Origin: Tubiluchus corallicola | Taxonomy: Eukaryota > Animalia > Priapulida | Assembly: GCA_030141605.1 (NCBI GenBank) | Contig: JAQGDQ010000017.1 | Location: 186,001-250,000 of the forward strand | Direction of reading: 5' to 3' | DNA: 64,000 bases | Made by a program: the position numbers and the translations under genes | Shown: positions 1-13,114 of the stretch, piece after piece | Numbering within the stretch: position 1 is the first letter of the stretch | Layout of the letters: the number at the start of each line of letters is the position of its first letter | The notes under the pieces: model-generated | What the model saw: the letters and a program-made list of their open reading frames with translations, nothing else | Databases searched by the model: none | Told to the model about the DNA's origin: nothing

Positions 1-244
1 AGTAAAAATATAACCAGTAACGAAGACAAAGTAGAACCTTTGTTTCTTCATTGTTGGTTGATTTTAATTTTGTTACTCGATTGCTCGTTCCTTGTTGGCT
101 GTTCTGTATTCTTCTTCACTATTGATTTTCAATAATAGATTTTTAGACATTGAACTGTAATAAGTTAGAATTAATAAACCTAGCGATTTACGTATAATCA
201 ACAAAATTAATCTGTGGTTAATTAGTTAAGAGAGAATGTGCTGA

Positions 245-330
245 AAAATTCGAAGCAATCAGAATTCGAACACAGAACCATGCATTATCTGGAAGTGCGC
301 TCTACCATTTGAGCTGCTACCAACTCAAAC
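245..330 (-). mobile_element. Degenerate tRNA-derived sequence (SINE or non-autonomous element head), not a functional tRNA
   Basis: The reverse complement has an A-box-like AGCTCAAATGGTAGAGCG and a B-box-like GTTCGAATTC. No intact cloverleaf is visible. Confidence 0.45.
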
Positions 331-511
331 AGAACAGCAGTCTGGATTCTTGTACTTATAGTTCGCAATCAATTAGAGCCACCTGTCTATAGCAGGGCGA
401 AGCTAAACAATAAATATAATCTATTAATGCACTATTTGGGTTCAAATTCCAATGAATTTGAATTCTGAATTCTGGCTTATTGCAATCCTATCTAAAAATT
501 TTGGAAGGAGT

Positions 512-669
512 TTACAATTCCCCACACAATTTAAATACCCTTACCCTAACTCTAACCCTAACCCTGACCCTGACCCGGACATTGACTTTCACCCAAACCT
601 AACCCTAACCCTAACTGTAGTGCAAATCCGCTTCTTCACGAACTTATTTCTTGGGTTTGGGAATTGTAA
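512..669. mobile_element. MITE-like element with telomere-like internal repeats, copy 1
   Basis: 11-bp terminal inverted repeats TTACAATTCCC / GGGAATTGTAA enclose degenerate (CCCTAA)n. An inverted homolog lies at 62253-62335. Confidence 0.6.
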
Positions 670-918
670 TTTTTTTAGCCAAAAACGTTTTGCTGATTTA
701 AGGCCAGCTAATTTAATCACTATTGGTTTTTTTATTGTTGGTTACTTTTCGTTTACTAATGGCTACTTCATTTGAACCCTTCCTTTTACTTTATTACTGG
801 TTGTAAAATACACCTCATTTATCGACAACCAAAAATTTGCAAATGATTTTGGGTGTAAGGGCGTAAGGTAGCTAAAGAATAAACTAAGGCAATTTGGAAT
901 AATCTAAACTATTCTTAC

Positions 919-1170
919 CTTCGTTGGAATCGTACAGGTAGAAGACGCTGTTCCACCTATAACGAATGACCAGGTCGTAGAGCGCCATGGAAAACTCTGG
1001 TCGTAGATAGATCTGGAAGTGCTGGGTTGGCCTGCTGGTGACAAGCATGGGGTAGCTTGGCGTGAGCAGTGGCATGCGGAAGGTATCGCTATGAGCTTGG
1101 ACGGTCCCGAATGACTCGAAATGCGTCTCACCCACCCACAGGAAGATTCCTCTAGCTAGGCTGTTGCACA
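919..1170 (-). CDS. GRIA-like: Ionotropic glutamate receptor, AMPA-type, amino-terminal-domain coding exon (equivalent to vertebrate GRIA exon 3)
   Basis: 252-nt exon with acceptor tctcatttag| (AG at 1172-1171) and donor G|gtaaga (GT at 918-917), phase 1/1. It translates as (L)CNSLARGIFLWVGETHFESFGTVQAHSDTFRMPLLTPSYPMLVTSRPTQHFQIYLRPEFSMALYDLVIRYRWNSVFYLYDSNE(G). This matches the AMPA ATD pattern CSQFSRGV..F.....TPSFP....RP....AL..LI..Y.W..F.YLYDSDRG. Confidence 0.93.
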
Positions 1171-1756
1171 CTAAATGAGAACACAAAAAAATATGGTTAT
1201 ACGTTTGGCAGAAAGTTTTTCTGCCAGAGAAGACAAAGGTGAATATGTCCTGTTGGTGCTTCCGTCAGTGGTCAAAGAGCAAGGCCCATAACGGTGAATG
1301 GAAAGTTGAGGATTACGTAGTAGTCCTTCTGTATGAAGAACTGGCTAGATTCATCACAATGGGATCGGAATAATATCAAATATGTCTCTACCTAGCACTC
1401 AGATTTATACTAAAATAAAACTTGTAATATAAAGTATGAAGAGAGCAAACAGTCTGTAGGCTCCGCAAAGATTCAGTGGTCTTGTCTCTGGCACTCACTC
1501 ATTTCTAGCATAGGACCAACACATTCAGTGATCTAATTGGTTAAAAACAACACCAAAGTCATGCCAGAGAAGAGATCTAAATATCCAATCTTTGTCCAAG
1601 CACCCTCAGTTTAAAGAGAAACAATGGTACGAGTGGCAATGACAGCAATGGTAAAAAAATTTCAATCGTTCATTCCTAATTTTGCTGTTCCTTACTTCGC
1701 TTCGTATCTTCATTCAATCCTCATTCGTTCACCCATTTGCGCATTCTTCTTTTGAG

Positions 1757-2265
1757 CATTCATTCATTCATTCATTCATTCATTCATTCATTCATTCATT
1801 CATTCATTCATTCATTCATTCATTCATTCATTCATTCATTCATTCATTCATTCATTCATTCATTCATTCATTCATTGATTCATTCATTCATTCATTCATT
1901 CATTGATTCATTCATTCATTCAGTCATCATTCATTCATTCATTCATTCATTCATTCACTCACTCACTCACTCACTCACTCACTCACTCACTCACTCACTC
2001 ACTCACTCACTCACTCACTCACTCACTCATTCATTCATTCATTCATTCATTCATTCATTCATTCATTCATTCATTCATTCATTCATTCTTTCATTCTTTC
2101 ATTCTTTCATTCTTTCATTCTTTCATTCTTTCATTCATTCATTCATTCATTCATTCATTCATTCATTCATTCATTCATTCATTCATTCATTCATTCATTC
2201 ATTCATTCATTCATTCATTCATTCATTCATTCAGTCATTCAGTCATTCATTCATTCATTCATTCA
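1757..2265. repeat. Compound tetranucleotide microsatellite (ATTC)n-(ACTC)n-(ATTCTTTC)n-(ATTC)n
   Basis: Seen directly; it explains the HSFI/HSLT ORFs. Confidence 0.98.
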
Positions 2266-3148
2266 TATTTCACTCATATCTTTATATATTTATTCGTTAT
2301 TTTTAATAATTTATTTTTTTATATTTTAACATGTACTTTAACATTATAGATTAGACATTAGACAGTTTTATCTGTACTTGACATTCAGTCGTTGATTTAT
2401 CTGTCTACATAGATGGCAATTAATAACTTGTCTTTTCGAAGAAGCTGTAGGATACTAGACTCTTTTGCAACTTCCATTGCTATCCAGCCTTTGCCTAAAA
2501 AAACTATGATTCCAAGCAGAGAAATAAAGTACAGTTTTATGTTTAATAACCATGCCTTTCGTCTGATAATTGATAACGTTTCGTTTTGCTACAAACATTG
2601 TAATGATTCAAGTTAGTATTGGTAGACGAAAGAACCACAGGACCCTTATCAGCCTGATGTGAGTTGACAGGACAATTCCCTGCACGAAAAATGAAAATTA
2701 AAGCAATATATAGAATAATGCTAGGCGAAATCGTCTGAATAATCGATACAAAAATAAATGGAAAGAGCTCTAGATCTACTGAATTCGTTATGTATCCGAA
2801 TAAAGCTGTCTCCCAAGATGAAATGATGATAGTGAAAAATGCCAATAAAATGCAAACAGCCGCCCCAAATTTGCTAGCAAAAAGGAAAAAAACGCGATTA
2901 TTTAGGAGTTCACGATTTCCAGTTTTATATGTAGACATTTTCGTGGATCTTAGTGCTACACAGTTGATTAATTGGTTGATCAGCCGATTAGCAAGTTATC
3001 CAGTCGAAAGGTAAGCAAACAAGCAAATAAACAAGTCATCAGCCAACTAATAAGTTAGTCAGGTAATCACTAACTCCATTCGTCTAGTCACTTACACATC
3101 GGCACATCAGCCAATCAAAAAGCCAGTTAGTCAGTTTAACAGTCAGTT

Positions 3149-3430
3149 TAGTTTAGTGGTAACGCGCCCGCTTTCCGTCTGGAAAATCGTCTGTTCGATA
3201 CTGCGGTCGGATTTTACCAAAAAATGCCAAAGATTTTACCAGAGATAATACCAAAGATTTTATAATGATACCTGCTGTTGCCTTGCCTGGCGCGTGGTAT
3301 TTAGGGTAAAAGCGGGGGTAATAGTAGTCTCTGTTATGTAGTTGTAGATTGTTATTTAGAGCCGGCACAAAAGCTCTTTGGAGCTTATGTCAATTGTTCA
3401 TCCTAAAAGCTTTAACTAAAGATTATTATT
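3149..3430 (+). mobile_element. tRNA-derived SINE with a Meta/MESC-like central domain
   Basis: A box TAGTTTAGTGG (3149) and B box TGTTCGATACT (3192) are followed by ATACCAAAGATTTTATAATGATACCTGCTGTTGCCTTGCCTGGCGC and an (ATT)n tail. A related copy lies at 63891. The Meta-domain assignment is from a recalled consensus. Confidence 0.65.
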
Positions 3431-3867
3431 TTTTTTCAGTCACCCAGTCATGAACCTGCAAGTTGCTCAATCGGTCGCGCTCAGTGTTAATATTTTCATT
3501 GTTACTTCATTTATATTCATTTTAACAAACTTTAGAAAGGTTTAAATTCGCTTAAGATCAAACAACTAGTGGACAGTAAATTGTTGGCAGCAAATAAACA
3601 ATTTATATCAAATTTATCAATTTCTTTTCTTTTAAAAAGAAAGCAATGTCAAACTTTAGAATTCTAACCGTTGAACCGCTAAGCTAGTAAGTCTGGCTAA
3701 ATTAAATCCATTCTGATTGATGAAAAATATTACTGTCAATTGAAATATACAAGCGTAAGATGAATGAATCGAAACAACTTTTGAAAATATTGGGAAATCT
3801 CAATTAAGCTGTTTTTTAAACGTTACTGCTAATCATAAAAGAAAATGTTTTTAACTCATGTGAACAA

Positions 3868-4084
3868 TGAGCCCTTTCACAGTTTCGTTGTGCGCTTGGG
3901 CAGTTGCTGCAGGTTAAAGGTTCGTTACTACAACAACGCGTGATAACTACAGCTGTCACGTGACATGTGGGTAAAGCAAAGCCGTTTGCCACATCAATTC
4001 AGTGACTTCAGTTGTTTGTCCGGTACACTTAACCCTTGACCTTTTCACGATCATCATCAATTCCTGGAACTGTGAAAGGCTTAT
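3868..4084. mobile_element. MITE (about 215 bp)
   Basis: Terminal inverted repeats AGCCCTTTCACAGTT / AACTGTGAAAGGCT enclose non-coding sequence. Confidence 0.6.
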
Positions 4085-6010
4085 TCTCCTCACATTAAAC
4101 AAAACATAAATTGCACTTGAAATAACGGATTTTTTCTTTTAGTTTACAGAATTAGTCCTCAAAGTCCATAGCAGAATTGAAGAAAATTTCTGAATAGCTA
4201 GGACAGAAGATTTTTTGGACGCTAAGAAGGCCAAAGCTTTCTATTTGCCCGTTTATTTCCTTTTTATCATTCTTGTCAGTCATGAGGCTTAAGACAAAAT
4301 TGCGTCACATTTTCGCTATAAAATTCTGTTCATTTTTGACAACAGAAAATTTATCAAACTGTGAATGTAAAGTGATTACAACTCATCTCTCAGTGGGTCG
4401 CGAGCATTTGGACACAATAAGCACACACAGTGGACGGCTTCAAAAGCCATCAACAGGCAGAACTGTGTGCAATGATTTTCGCCACATCAACTTTACTACA
4501 GAAAAACATAACCTTGGATTGAAATTCGTTGAATCCAAGAGTCAGAGTGTGTTGCATAAATCTCATCTGCCTGTTTCTAAGGAATACATAGCCAATACTG
4601 ATTATGTTAATCTGAAAAACGACATGCGATTATTCCCTGATTATCAGATCCAAAGCACCAGAAAACACTTTTCATAAATAGAGCTTAAAAATTCGCGTTG
4701 CACTTTTATATCACTTACATGCTGTCTTATTACTTGCGTTAACAATAACACCTGTAAAAACCTGTTAATTTAAATTTCCGTTATGACCGTTACGCGCAAC
4801 CATTTTAACGGTCAGTCGTTTGAAACAAATTTAGATTGTGTAAAGTTTGGGAAAGTACTCAAAGCATTCGCAGCAGACTCATCGTTAGCTCAGGAAAAGT
4901 TTAAATTATTTTATAATGTCAATAAGATCTGCAACATGCTTTTAGTGATACAGTGATTCACAGTGGGATGACGATGCAGCGCTGTTTTACCAGGTGATGC
5001 TATATTTTAGATCACTAAGAATTTTCTTTTCGTGAGACATGGCGGTTTCTCAAGAGAAGGGTATTCCACAGTGCAGAAGCAAAGTGGTCTTAAAGGGGTT
5101 ATGAGAAATTTGCTGTTTTTAGCCTATAAGCCTAATAATGGCAATTATCATATTGTTACACTGAACGAAATATTTAGATTAAGGCAGTTTGCTGTATTAC
5201 TTTTGATTGGTTTTGAAATAACCTATCTATGCCTATATTAAAACAGAAGCCCGCAGGGCGAAGAGACAAAATTTATTGAAAAATTTGCATTGAGAAATCT
5301 AAGGCAGAAATCCTCTGATTGTCTGCCATACAAAGGTTTCTCTTTTCCACTGTTTTGCCTAAGATCGCGTAATTTATGACTGGATTGTCACTCATGGCTT
5401 CTCTTAAATCACTGATAATCTTCAGACATTTAACTGCATTTCTTCCACATTGCAATAATGGCCTGCAGGTGATGTAATATCTATAGATCAAAAACTGAAA
5501 GCTCTAGTGTGCTTGTAATGTGCAGAGTAGTAATATATCACCAGTATTAGCATTAAATTCCGACAAAATGTTTTATTGCATTTTGTATTTTGCGAGTTTT
5601 CTACAAAAATGGCGCCATTGACGTAATGCCGTAACTGCAAGTACACTGCCTCTTCTAAGGACAAGCAACTTCTTGTACATGTAAAGATATACTTTATCCA
5701 GCTTTACTTGCCGATTATATGAAAGTTGGAAAATCACTTACGTTTCATATTTAGACAGGCTACATAAATTTCAGTTTTAACGTTTAGCAGTTAGGTGCAT
5801 TGGATTGTTCAAAATAATTTTGTCGCCGGTTTGTTTCAACTTTTTCCTGTTTGCTCCCTGCAGCCAATTTAGATGACTTAATTTTTAAACTTTTTACAGA
5901 CTTTTGAAAACTTTAGAAGCTTTTACAAACTTACAAACTAACTTATGAATTAGCGAATAAACTCCAACAAACTACTTAAGTGGATCATCATTCAGCTAAT
6001 AAATCCTATA

Positions 6011-6375
6011 TTCAGTCAGTCAGTCAGTCAGTCAGTCAGTCAGTCAGTCAGTCAGTCAGTCAGTCAGTCAGTCAGTCAGTCAGTCAGTCAGTCAGTCAGT
6101 CAGTCAGTCAGTCAGTCAGTCAGTCAGTCAGTCAGTCAGTCAGTCAGTCAGTCAGTCATTTAGTCAGTCAGTCAGTCAGTCAGTCAGTCAGTCAGTCAGT
6201 CAGTCAGTCAGTCAGTCATTTAGTCAGTCAGTCAGCCAGTCAGTCAGTCAGTCAGTCAGTCAGTCAGTCAGTCAGTCAGTCAGTCAGTCAGTCAGTCAGT
6301 CAATCAGTCAGTCAGTCAGTCAGTCAGTCAGTCAGTCAGTCAGTCAGTCAGTCAGTCAGTCAGTCAGTCAGTCGG
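6011..6375. repeat. (CAGT)n microsatellite
   Basis: Seen directly; it explains the SVSQ ORF. Confidence 0.98.
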
Positions 6376-7575
6376 TCAATCACCTACCTAATTTACAATT
6401 TGACCAAAAGAAAATTGCATACTCAAATGAATCCAAGGTACTTGGTGTCATTGTTGACAATAATCTAAGTTTTCGCTCACATGTAAGTGCGGTCAGGAAA
6501 AAAGCTTGATTTAAATGGCTAGACATAAAGAAATTTTGTCTTAAATATAAATGTATGAAAGTAGAAACTATATGCAGTCTATTTAGAATCCTAGTAATAC
6601 CTGTGATAATGTATTCATCTGTAGCCTGGTTGAATGGGAAATGTGATCTATTTGAGGACCTAATTATGATAGTCTGAAAATTGCAGTGGGTGTCGGTTAC
6701 AATTCTGGCAAAGATTTGGTTGAGCGTATGTATATATTCCCCCTTTGGATATTTTGTTCTCAGCCAATGCTTGAAAAGTCATTTTAAAGCCACTGTCCCG
6801 ATCAGGTGAAGACTTGGTTAAAGACAATATTTTATCAATACAGCGGGAACTAAATAGCAGTGTATTTATAAGCTCACTTAATAACAACTAAATCTTTTCT
6901 GAGAACTATAAAAAACATTGTCATAGCAAGAAATGAAAACGTAAGCGATGTGGTTGAAAGTAATGCTGAAAGTGCTAATCTATGCAGGGCAGATCTCGAT
7001 AAATTTATAATGGCCGTCTGGAACAGCAGAATACGGTTCAGAGGCTTTTTTAACGGAAGGAATACAGAAAATGCTATGTCTTCTCTCAGAGCCCTGCGCC
7101 TGCCAATTGGTAGATATGGCAGAAGCTTAGAATCCCTTGCGCTCAACCTTTTACTTGGCAAAGGTTGTAACTCCTTATACACAGTTGGCCTAGCCGAAGG
7201 TAATTATTATTAGTGCCTTACAGATATACAAACGCCTGAACACTTAGCATTTGACTGCCCTTTGATTTCTAACAACGCTAAATCTTCTATGCAAAACGTT
7301 TTACCTTCACTAAATTTAGAACACTTGTATATTTTCCGCGATGTATCTGCATGTGCAGCCTTCATTGATATTGTTCACGAAATTTCAGTTAAAAAAATAG
7401 TAACGTACATAGTTTCAAATTGTCAGATAACAATCTTAAAAATTCATAGCATATTTATTAATCTATTCATTGTATATTAATTCAGTGTAATATATATATA
7501 TATATATATTGTTAGCTGCAACTACAAAGCGTCCGTTAACAAACTATCCAATCAAATAGCAATCAATCAATAAAT
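6376..7575 (+). mobile_element. 5'-truncated, degenerate non-LTR retrotransposon (RT C-terminus plus CCHC knuckle)
   Basis: Manual translation from about 6427 gives KVLGVIVDNNLSFRSHVSAVRKKA*...ETICSLFRILVIPVIMYSSVAW. Near 7160-7262 it gives SLYTVGLAEGNYY*CLTDIQTPEHLAFDCP. In-frame stops are present, and a (CAAT)n-like tail lies near 7550-7573. Confidence 0.85.
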
Positions 7576-9032
7576 GGCCAAATAACCAGTTACCCAGTTG
7601 ACCGCTCACTCAGTTAAACCGCCCACTAATTCTCCAAGGTTTCAGATTTCTAAAATCCTTCGTTAGGATATTGAAACTCTAAATAAAATGAAATTGTAGT
7701 ATTAATCAACTAGTCAACTAACCAGACAATAGCCTGTCAGCCAACCGACGAGTCGTTTCGCAGGTAGATCAGTGCTTCTATTTGTCAAAATTAGCAGTTT
7801 TTCATTTGCACCGCCAATTCGCCCTTTCTGTCATCGTGCTTTCGTACGATCACTCAGTGTGTGCAGTTGAATATTGATAGTTTATCTAGCGCCAGTGAGT
7901 AGATGATTGGAAATAAAAGTTTCATTTTCTGTGTAAACACGTGCAGGGAGTATGTAAACAAGCGCAATACAAAGCGTCAAGGCGATGATTTCAGATAAGT
8001 AATTGAAATCCTTACTTAATGATGACACCAGGGCAAGAAACGACTCTGTTGCCATTTTCTAATCTTCAGCAAAGAAAATTTTAGATCATTTCTATCTGAC
8101 AGGCCCAATATTTGAGCATTTATAGACGACTCATGACAGAGACTTAAATGTTGGCCTGCTCCCATAAGTAATAGATAGACATATATAATAGACAAGAAGC
8201 AAGTCGACTTACAGGCTTGATTCAAAGATTGCGCAAGTTTACAATAATGGTGCCAAATAAAAAATTACGCCGAAGTTGCACTTATATAAAGGATATTTAC
8301 ATTCTAATGCCCGGTTTGACGAAGATGATTTAATTATAAGCCCTGAGTTATCTACAGTGTTTTAGTAGTTGGAACAGACTAGCCAGACCTAAATGTCTGC
8401 ATAAATAGCTACACAAAAATAGCTACGGGAGTTCCTACGTTTTGAAATAATGGAGTTACATGTCCGACACAATTTACGCTTCTATTAGCGAATGTTTTGC
8501 GACATGGCTAACTGGAAATTTCCAATAACAATAAATAACAGTTAATCCGCTAAAATACTAGAAATCAGGTTACGAGTGATTTTCTCTGAGTGGTGCGTGC
8601 GAATTTCAAAGCTTGTTTTGCCAATGTTCGCTTAGATGCTCATCTAAGTGATCTGTAAGTTCATTTCACTACTCAACGGTTTTTCTGTGTTGAAAATTAG
8701 ACCAATGGGTCAAGAAAAGGGCAGGACTGGAAAGACCATCAAACGACGACGTTTTTTAAACTGAAACTACTTGACAATAATAATTTTCCCATGGAAAAAT
8801 CTCACGATAAAAACGTTATTAAGAAATGTTACTAAGAAATTGCATATCAGTAAAGGATTTAAATTACTGCCAAACCTTAGATCTGATTCTTACTATTGCG
8901 AAAAAGATAAAGAAAAACTTAGGCAGTATATTATGTTGTTTTTCTAAAAAGTAACTCGAAAATCTAAATACCTAATTGTGAGTGGAATCTATGACTTACA
9001 GAACACGCAGCTTCAGCATTTACATAGTTAGG

Positions 9033-9170
9033 TGGATCTTTAACCAAGTATGCATATTATGACGAATTTGAGCGAAGTTACAACGAAGCGCAACTTGACA
9101 GACAAAAGAGGTAAGAAAGACTGATTTGGTTGGTAACGTGTCATGTATGTACGCAACACGGTAGAATTAT
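9033..9170 (+). repeat. Dispersed repeat, copy A (inverted relative to 11262-11379)
   Basis: TGGATCTT..AAGTATGCATATTATGACGAATTT..GCGAAGT..AACTTGACAG..AAGACTGATTTGGTTGGTAACGTGTC aligns with the reverse complement of 11262-11379. Confidence 0.8.
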
Positions 9171-9339
9171 ATTCTCAATACATGCTGTATACATACATTC
9201 GAGATTTCTGTTTTTTTTATGTTAGAATGCATTTCTAGGTCCATTTTTGCAAACTGACACAAGTTGCAGACTTAGTCTGCAGTCTAGCTTTTTCTTATTT
9301 ATTATGCTGATGCAATAATATTCAAGCTGTTAGTTCGTA

Positions 9340-9608
9340 GAACGAACAAAAAAGCTTTTGTTTTTCTTCTCTGACCGTATTGCTCAGGTTTGGAACGCCT
9401 CACCCAGTTCGGTCACTGCAGGCAATTCTAAACTTTTCAAAAATAGATTGAAGTTTTTGAATTTTGATAAATGGCTTGCGTATGGTAAGCGTATGGAAGC
9501 AACTTGTTTCTTTATGTTTCTCCCCACATTTATGTTTTTATTGTTTTATAGTTTATTTTTTAATGTATATTTTAAATGAATGTAAAATAAAATTAATTAA
9601 AAATAAAA
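9340..9608 (+). mobile_element. CR1-like LINE 3' end
   Basis: FFSDRIAQVWNASPSSVTAGNSKLFKNRL matches the CR1-type terminus FFSxRVxxxWNxLP..V.A.S...FK.RL. A T-rich 3' UTR and AATAAA-rich tail follow. Confidence 0.75.
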
Positions 9609-11261
9609 GAATTAAGTGTAAGTCTATTATTTATGGAAGCAGTATCAACGAGCAGTCTCACGTCAATGTCTAATTAGTGAGAAATATATAAAAGCTTGAC
9701 ACTCACAACACAAATATTAAACGTAACAGATATAAAATAACCCTAAATGTAAATTTCTATCACCAGAAATGCGTTGAATTAAACTTATACAGAGTTGTAA
9801 TTCTTCCATCAGGTTGCATAAATATCAGTAGCCATGCACTCCTTGTTATTATTCTGATGCACACGTGCAGAGACTAATCGGCTATTAGGATTTTGAAAAA
9901 TTGTTCGCACTATTAATTACAGTGGTGAAATGAGCTGAATGAATTACACTTGAAGCATTGTCGTCGTTTAACTTATACTAGGAAAGCTGACAGGCTATAA
10001 TAATGGAGCAATGTTCTTGCACTCATACAGTAGCTACAATACAGGATTCTGTGAAATTATGTTTTCATCACCTGTTAGGATTAACGTATTAATTTAGATA
10101 TAATTTACTAACGATTCAGGACAATAGAAAAAACTAAATGGCAGAACCCCACACATGTGGTATAATCGTCATACAACACACACAAAAAATAACAATAATG
10201 ATAATAAAAACGGTATTCACAATAGTTAAATATAAAATTATATTGTATTATGTTATATTAATTTTTTCAAAGTTCCAGTAGAGAACGAGTTTTAGAATTA
10301 CAATTACAATTTTCAACAAATGTATACTGTACAGCATAACATTATATTCAGAATTTTGGTAAACTACCTTTAAACAAAGCATTAGAATTACAATATACAT
10401 CAGAAACCTTACACTATTAACTAAAGCAATAGGTAAGCTCAATGTTGTAAACAATGTTTAGTCACTTTAGTTCATCAGAATATGAAATTTGTCTGGAAGC
10501 GCAAAAATACTGTCACTTTATTCAATCGCTAGAACTCTTCTCCGCTGCAGATGCGAATAAAACTCACAGGGAACTCCAGTTTACTCCGTTTAATACCCCA
10601 GTTTAACATGATTTATAATTTACTTTCTGAACATAGTAGAGGCCAGTAAATTACCTCCTAATTTTGATATGTAATCAATATTCTTACTTTTCGCTTGGCT
10701 GTAAAAACTGAGATTAACGCTTCAGAGAAAATTAAAGAGAACTGTTATAAGAAAAGTGTAAATCTTAAAGTTTTTTTAGTATTTTATTCACTATGCTCTA
10801 TGTATTTGGTCAGGTGACAAAGACCAACTCCTCCTCAGTTTACCATATACTATCTTCAGGAAAAAGTGCCTCACGAAATTCCTTTATAAAAAAGCTGAAA
10901 CAGGACATGACGCTTATTTGTCAGTCACCTTTCCGAGCGCTGTGCAGGATTCATTGTTGCCAAAGTTCTGGTCGGTAATATATCTGTTCACAGACGTACT
11001 ATACGTAATATCATAAGGCAAGTGCCAAGGCGCATTCCCCATAACCTGCATTACATAGAAATTATGAAAACCAGTATCAAGAGACGTATTAGTTTACATT
11101 GCAATCAAAATACCAAATATGTGTCATGAGTCATGTGGGCACAGGAAATACGGATTCATTCTTCCTCACTCTAAGCAGAACTAAAGAGCATGCATCTCTG
11201 CTTAATCTCTCGGAAGAAGAGAAACTTTGAAGGGATGTATAGCAGAGCCCATGTAGGAAAC

Positions 11262-11379
11262 ATAATCTAACCACCGTGCGTGTATACAAGACACGTTTTA
11301 CCAATCAAATCAGTCTTTTTGCCTGTCAAGTTATACTTCGCTAAATTCGTTATAATGTACATGCTTAGATGAAGATCCA
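11262..11379 (-). repeat. Dispersed repeat, copy B (inverted relative to 9033-9170)
   Basis: The reverse complement aligns with copy A, with indels. Confidence 0.8.
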
Positions 11380-12877
11380 GGAAAATACTCTGTAGGAATT
11401 AATGCAATAAAACACTAATGCTCTGTGCATGCATGGTCTGAATAATTGTTATCTATCCTCCTAAAAATTAAGTGCTTTGCACTTAATCCTTGCACAAACT
11501 TGCGTTGCTTTGAAAATCGTCCAAATTTTTTATTCCTGTTTGAACATCTTTTTTATGAACATCATTACTTATACAGATGAGTTATATTGTGTAAGCGCTG
11601 CTTCATAATCCAAAAAGTTTAGATGCAAGTTGAAAATTGATTTGCCTTGTAATCAACAATATATTCAATAATCTATTAAATATAGACCCAAAAGTCTGCT
11701 TTTGAGTTGAGGCCAGAACTTTTACACTGTAAAGTGGCGGAAGGGACATTTTTTTTCAAAAAAATTAATCTTTGCTTCTTCGTACATTGTGTTAATTCAT
11801 GATACTATCAGATTAAAGTTCCAAAGACCTTTATTCCTTCTGGTATTGTGAGCTGGTCAGCAGGTCAACATAAATTTATTCAAATAAAAGCAAAGATGGC
11901 AGCACTCTGAATCTAAAGCAGACAAATAGCGGTCATCTGTAGAGGCGAAAGACTTCTTCTGTTCTTACATTAACATTGATTTTCATTTTACAGCAAATCT
12001 TCTGGGAATAAGTTTCGCAAAATTCGAAGGCGGCGAATTCGGGCAAAACTTGTGTAAGCAAATTCATGATGCCCGTGGGATCTTTGCCGTTACTTTGCTA
12101 CACTTGAAAACAGATCTGGAAGAGTAGTTACTGTAATACAAGCGCTGAGACAAATGGGCTAAATGTATGCTGTTGATACGAACTGCTGAACGTGAATACA
12201 TTTTGCAGAAAAATATTATAACTACTTTCTTATTTCTCATTATTCATGAGTTGCAATCCCTCTAGAAACGAGCTCGGGTTTTGGTCGTAAAACCGTGAAG
12301 TAGAAAATGCAAAATTTAAATCCCACCACGGCTCTATTAACGACACATTGATGTGAATTTGCAAGAATTTTTGTAGCCAAATAAGTGCTGTAAATGCTGC
12401 GAGGGTTTTTATTTTGTTTGTTTGATATAATGCTCATTTTTTAGTACTTACAGCAAAAGTAAAAACGCTAGTGTTTTGTAAATTTTTGCCGCACCTCCGC
12501 AATGTTGAGCGTAAACACAGCGTTGTCACAACATGACATTGCAAAAAATACAGCAAAACGAATAGAATTGTCCGTTGGTTAAGAATACACATGGTCTCGA
12601 AAATCCTGAATGGTGCTTGTTCTAATAGACAACAGATACAAAATACATTACAAGCAAAATTAAATTAAATTTCGGCCACACATCGAATTATTTGAGATTA
12701 GAGACCGAAAATGCGCTAACGGCAAATAAAACCGACGTTAATACCACAAAACACACAAGTAAAGGCTATAAGAACGTTGGAACTAATCTCCTTATAACAA
12801 GATTATAACGCGATTACACAGCAAATTTGCTGACGGATGCGGAAAAAATAGCAAACTGTGTAACTCTGAGATCGAGT

Positions 12878-12880
12878 AGC

Positions 12881-12929
<49 letters not shown>

Positions 12930-13085
12930 GCAACAACAGCAGCAGCAGCAACAACAAAACAACAGCAACAACAGCAATCGCAATAACGACAACTACAATA
13001 ACAATCACCACTACAACAATAATAAAAACAAAAGCAGCAGCAATAACAGCAAAAGCAACAGCAACAGCAACAACAGTAGCAACAC
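12878..13085. repeat. (CAA)n/(CAG)n microsatellite with a decayed tail
   Basis: Seen directly. Confidence 0.97.
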
Positions 13086-13114
13086 GGAATCGATCTAGTC
13101 ATGCACGATGCTCA

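Noticed and set aside
245-330. Functional tRNA gene (also considered for 3149, about 55990 and 63891)
   Set aside because: Only the promoter boxes are recognisable, the stems do not pair, and two of the copies continue into SINE bodies.
540-615. Telomere or chromosome-fusion site
   Set aside because: The tract is short, degenerate, bounded by TIRs and has a second dispersed copy.
1757-2265. Dense TCAT (YCAY) cluster as a Nova/Pasilla splicing element near the exon
   Set aside because: YCAY is on the plus strand. The receptor transcript is minus strand and reads (GAAU)n here.
1682-2349. Long ORFs of HSFI/HSLT repeats, and similar SVSQ, poly-N/T/D/C/L, RE/LS, YCIVL and YSTLL ORFs elsewhere
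   Set aside because: They are stop-free translations of microsatellites, with no splice or homology support.
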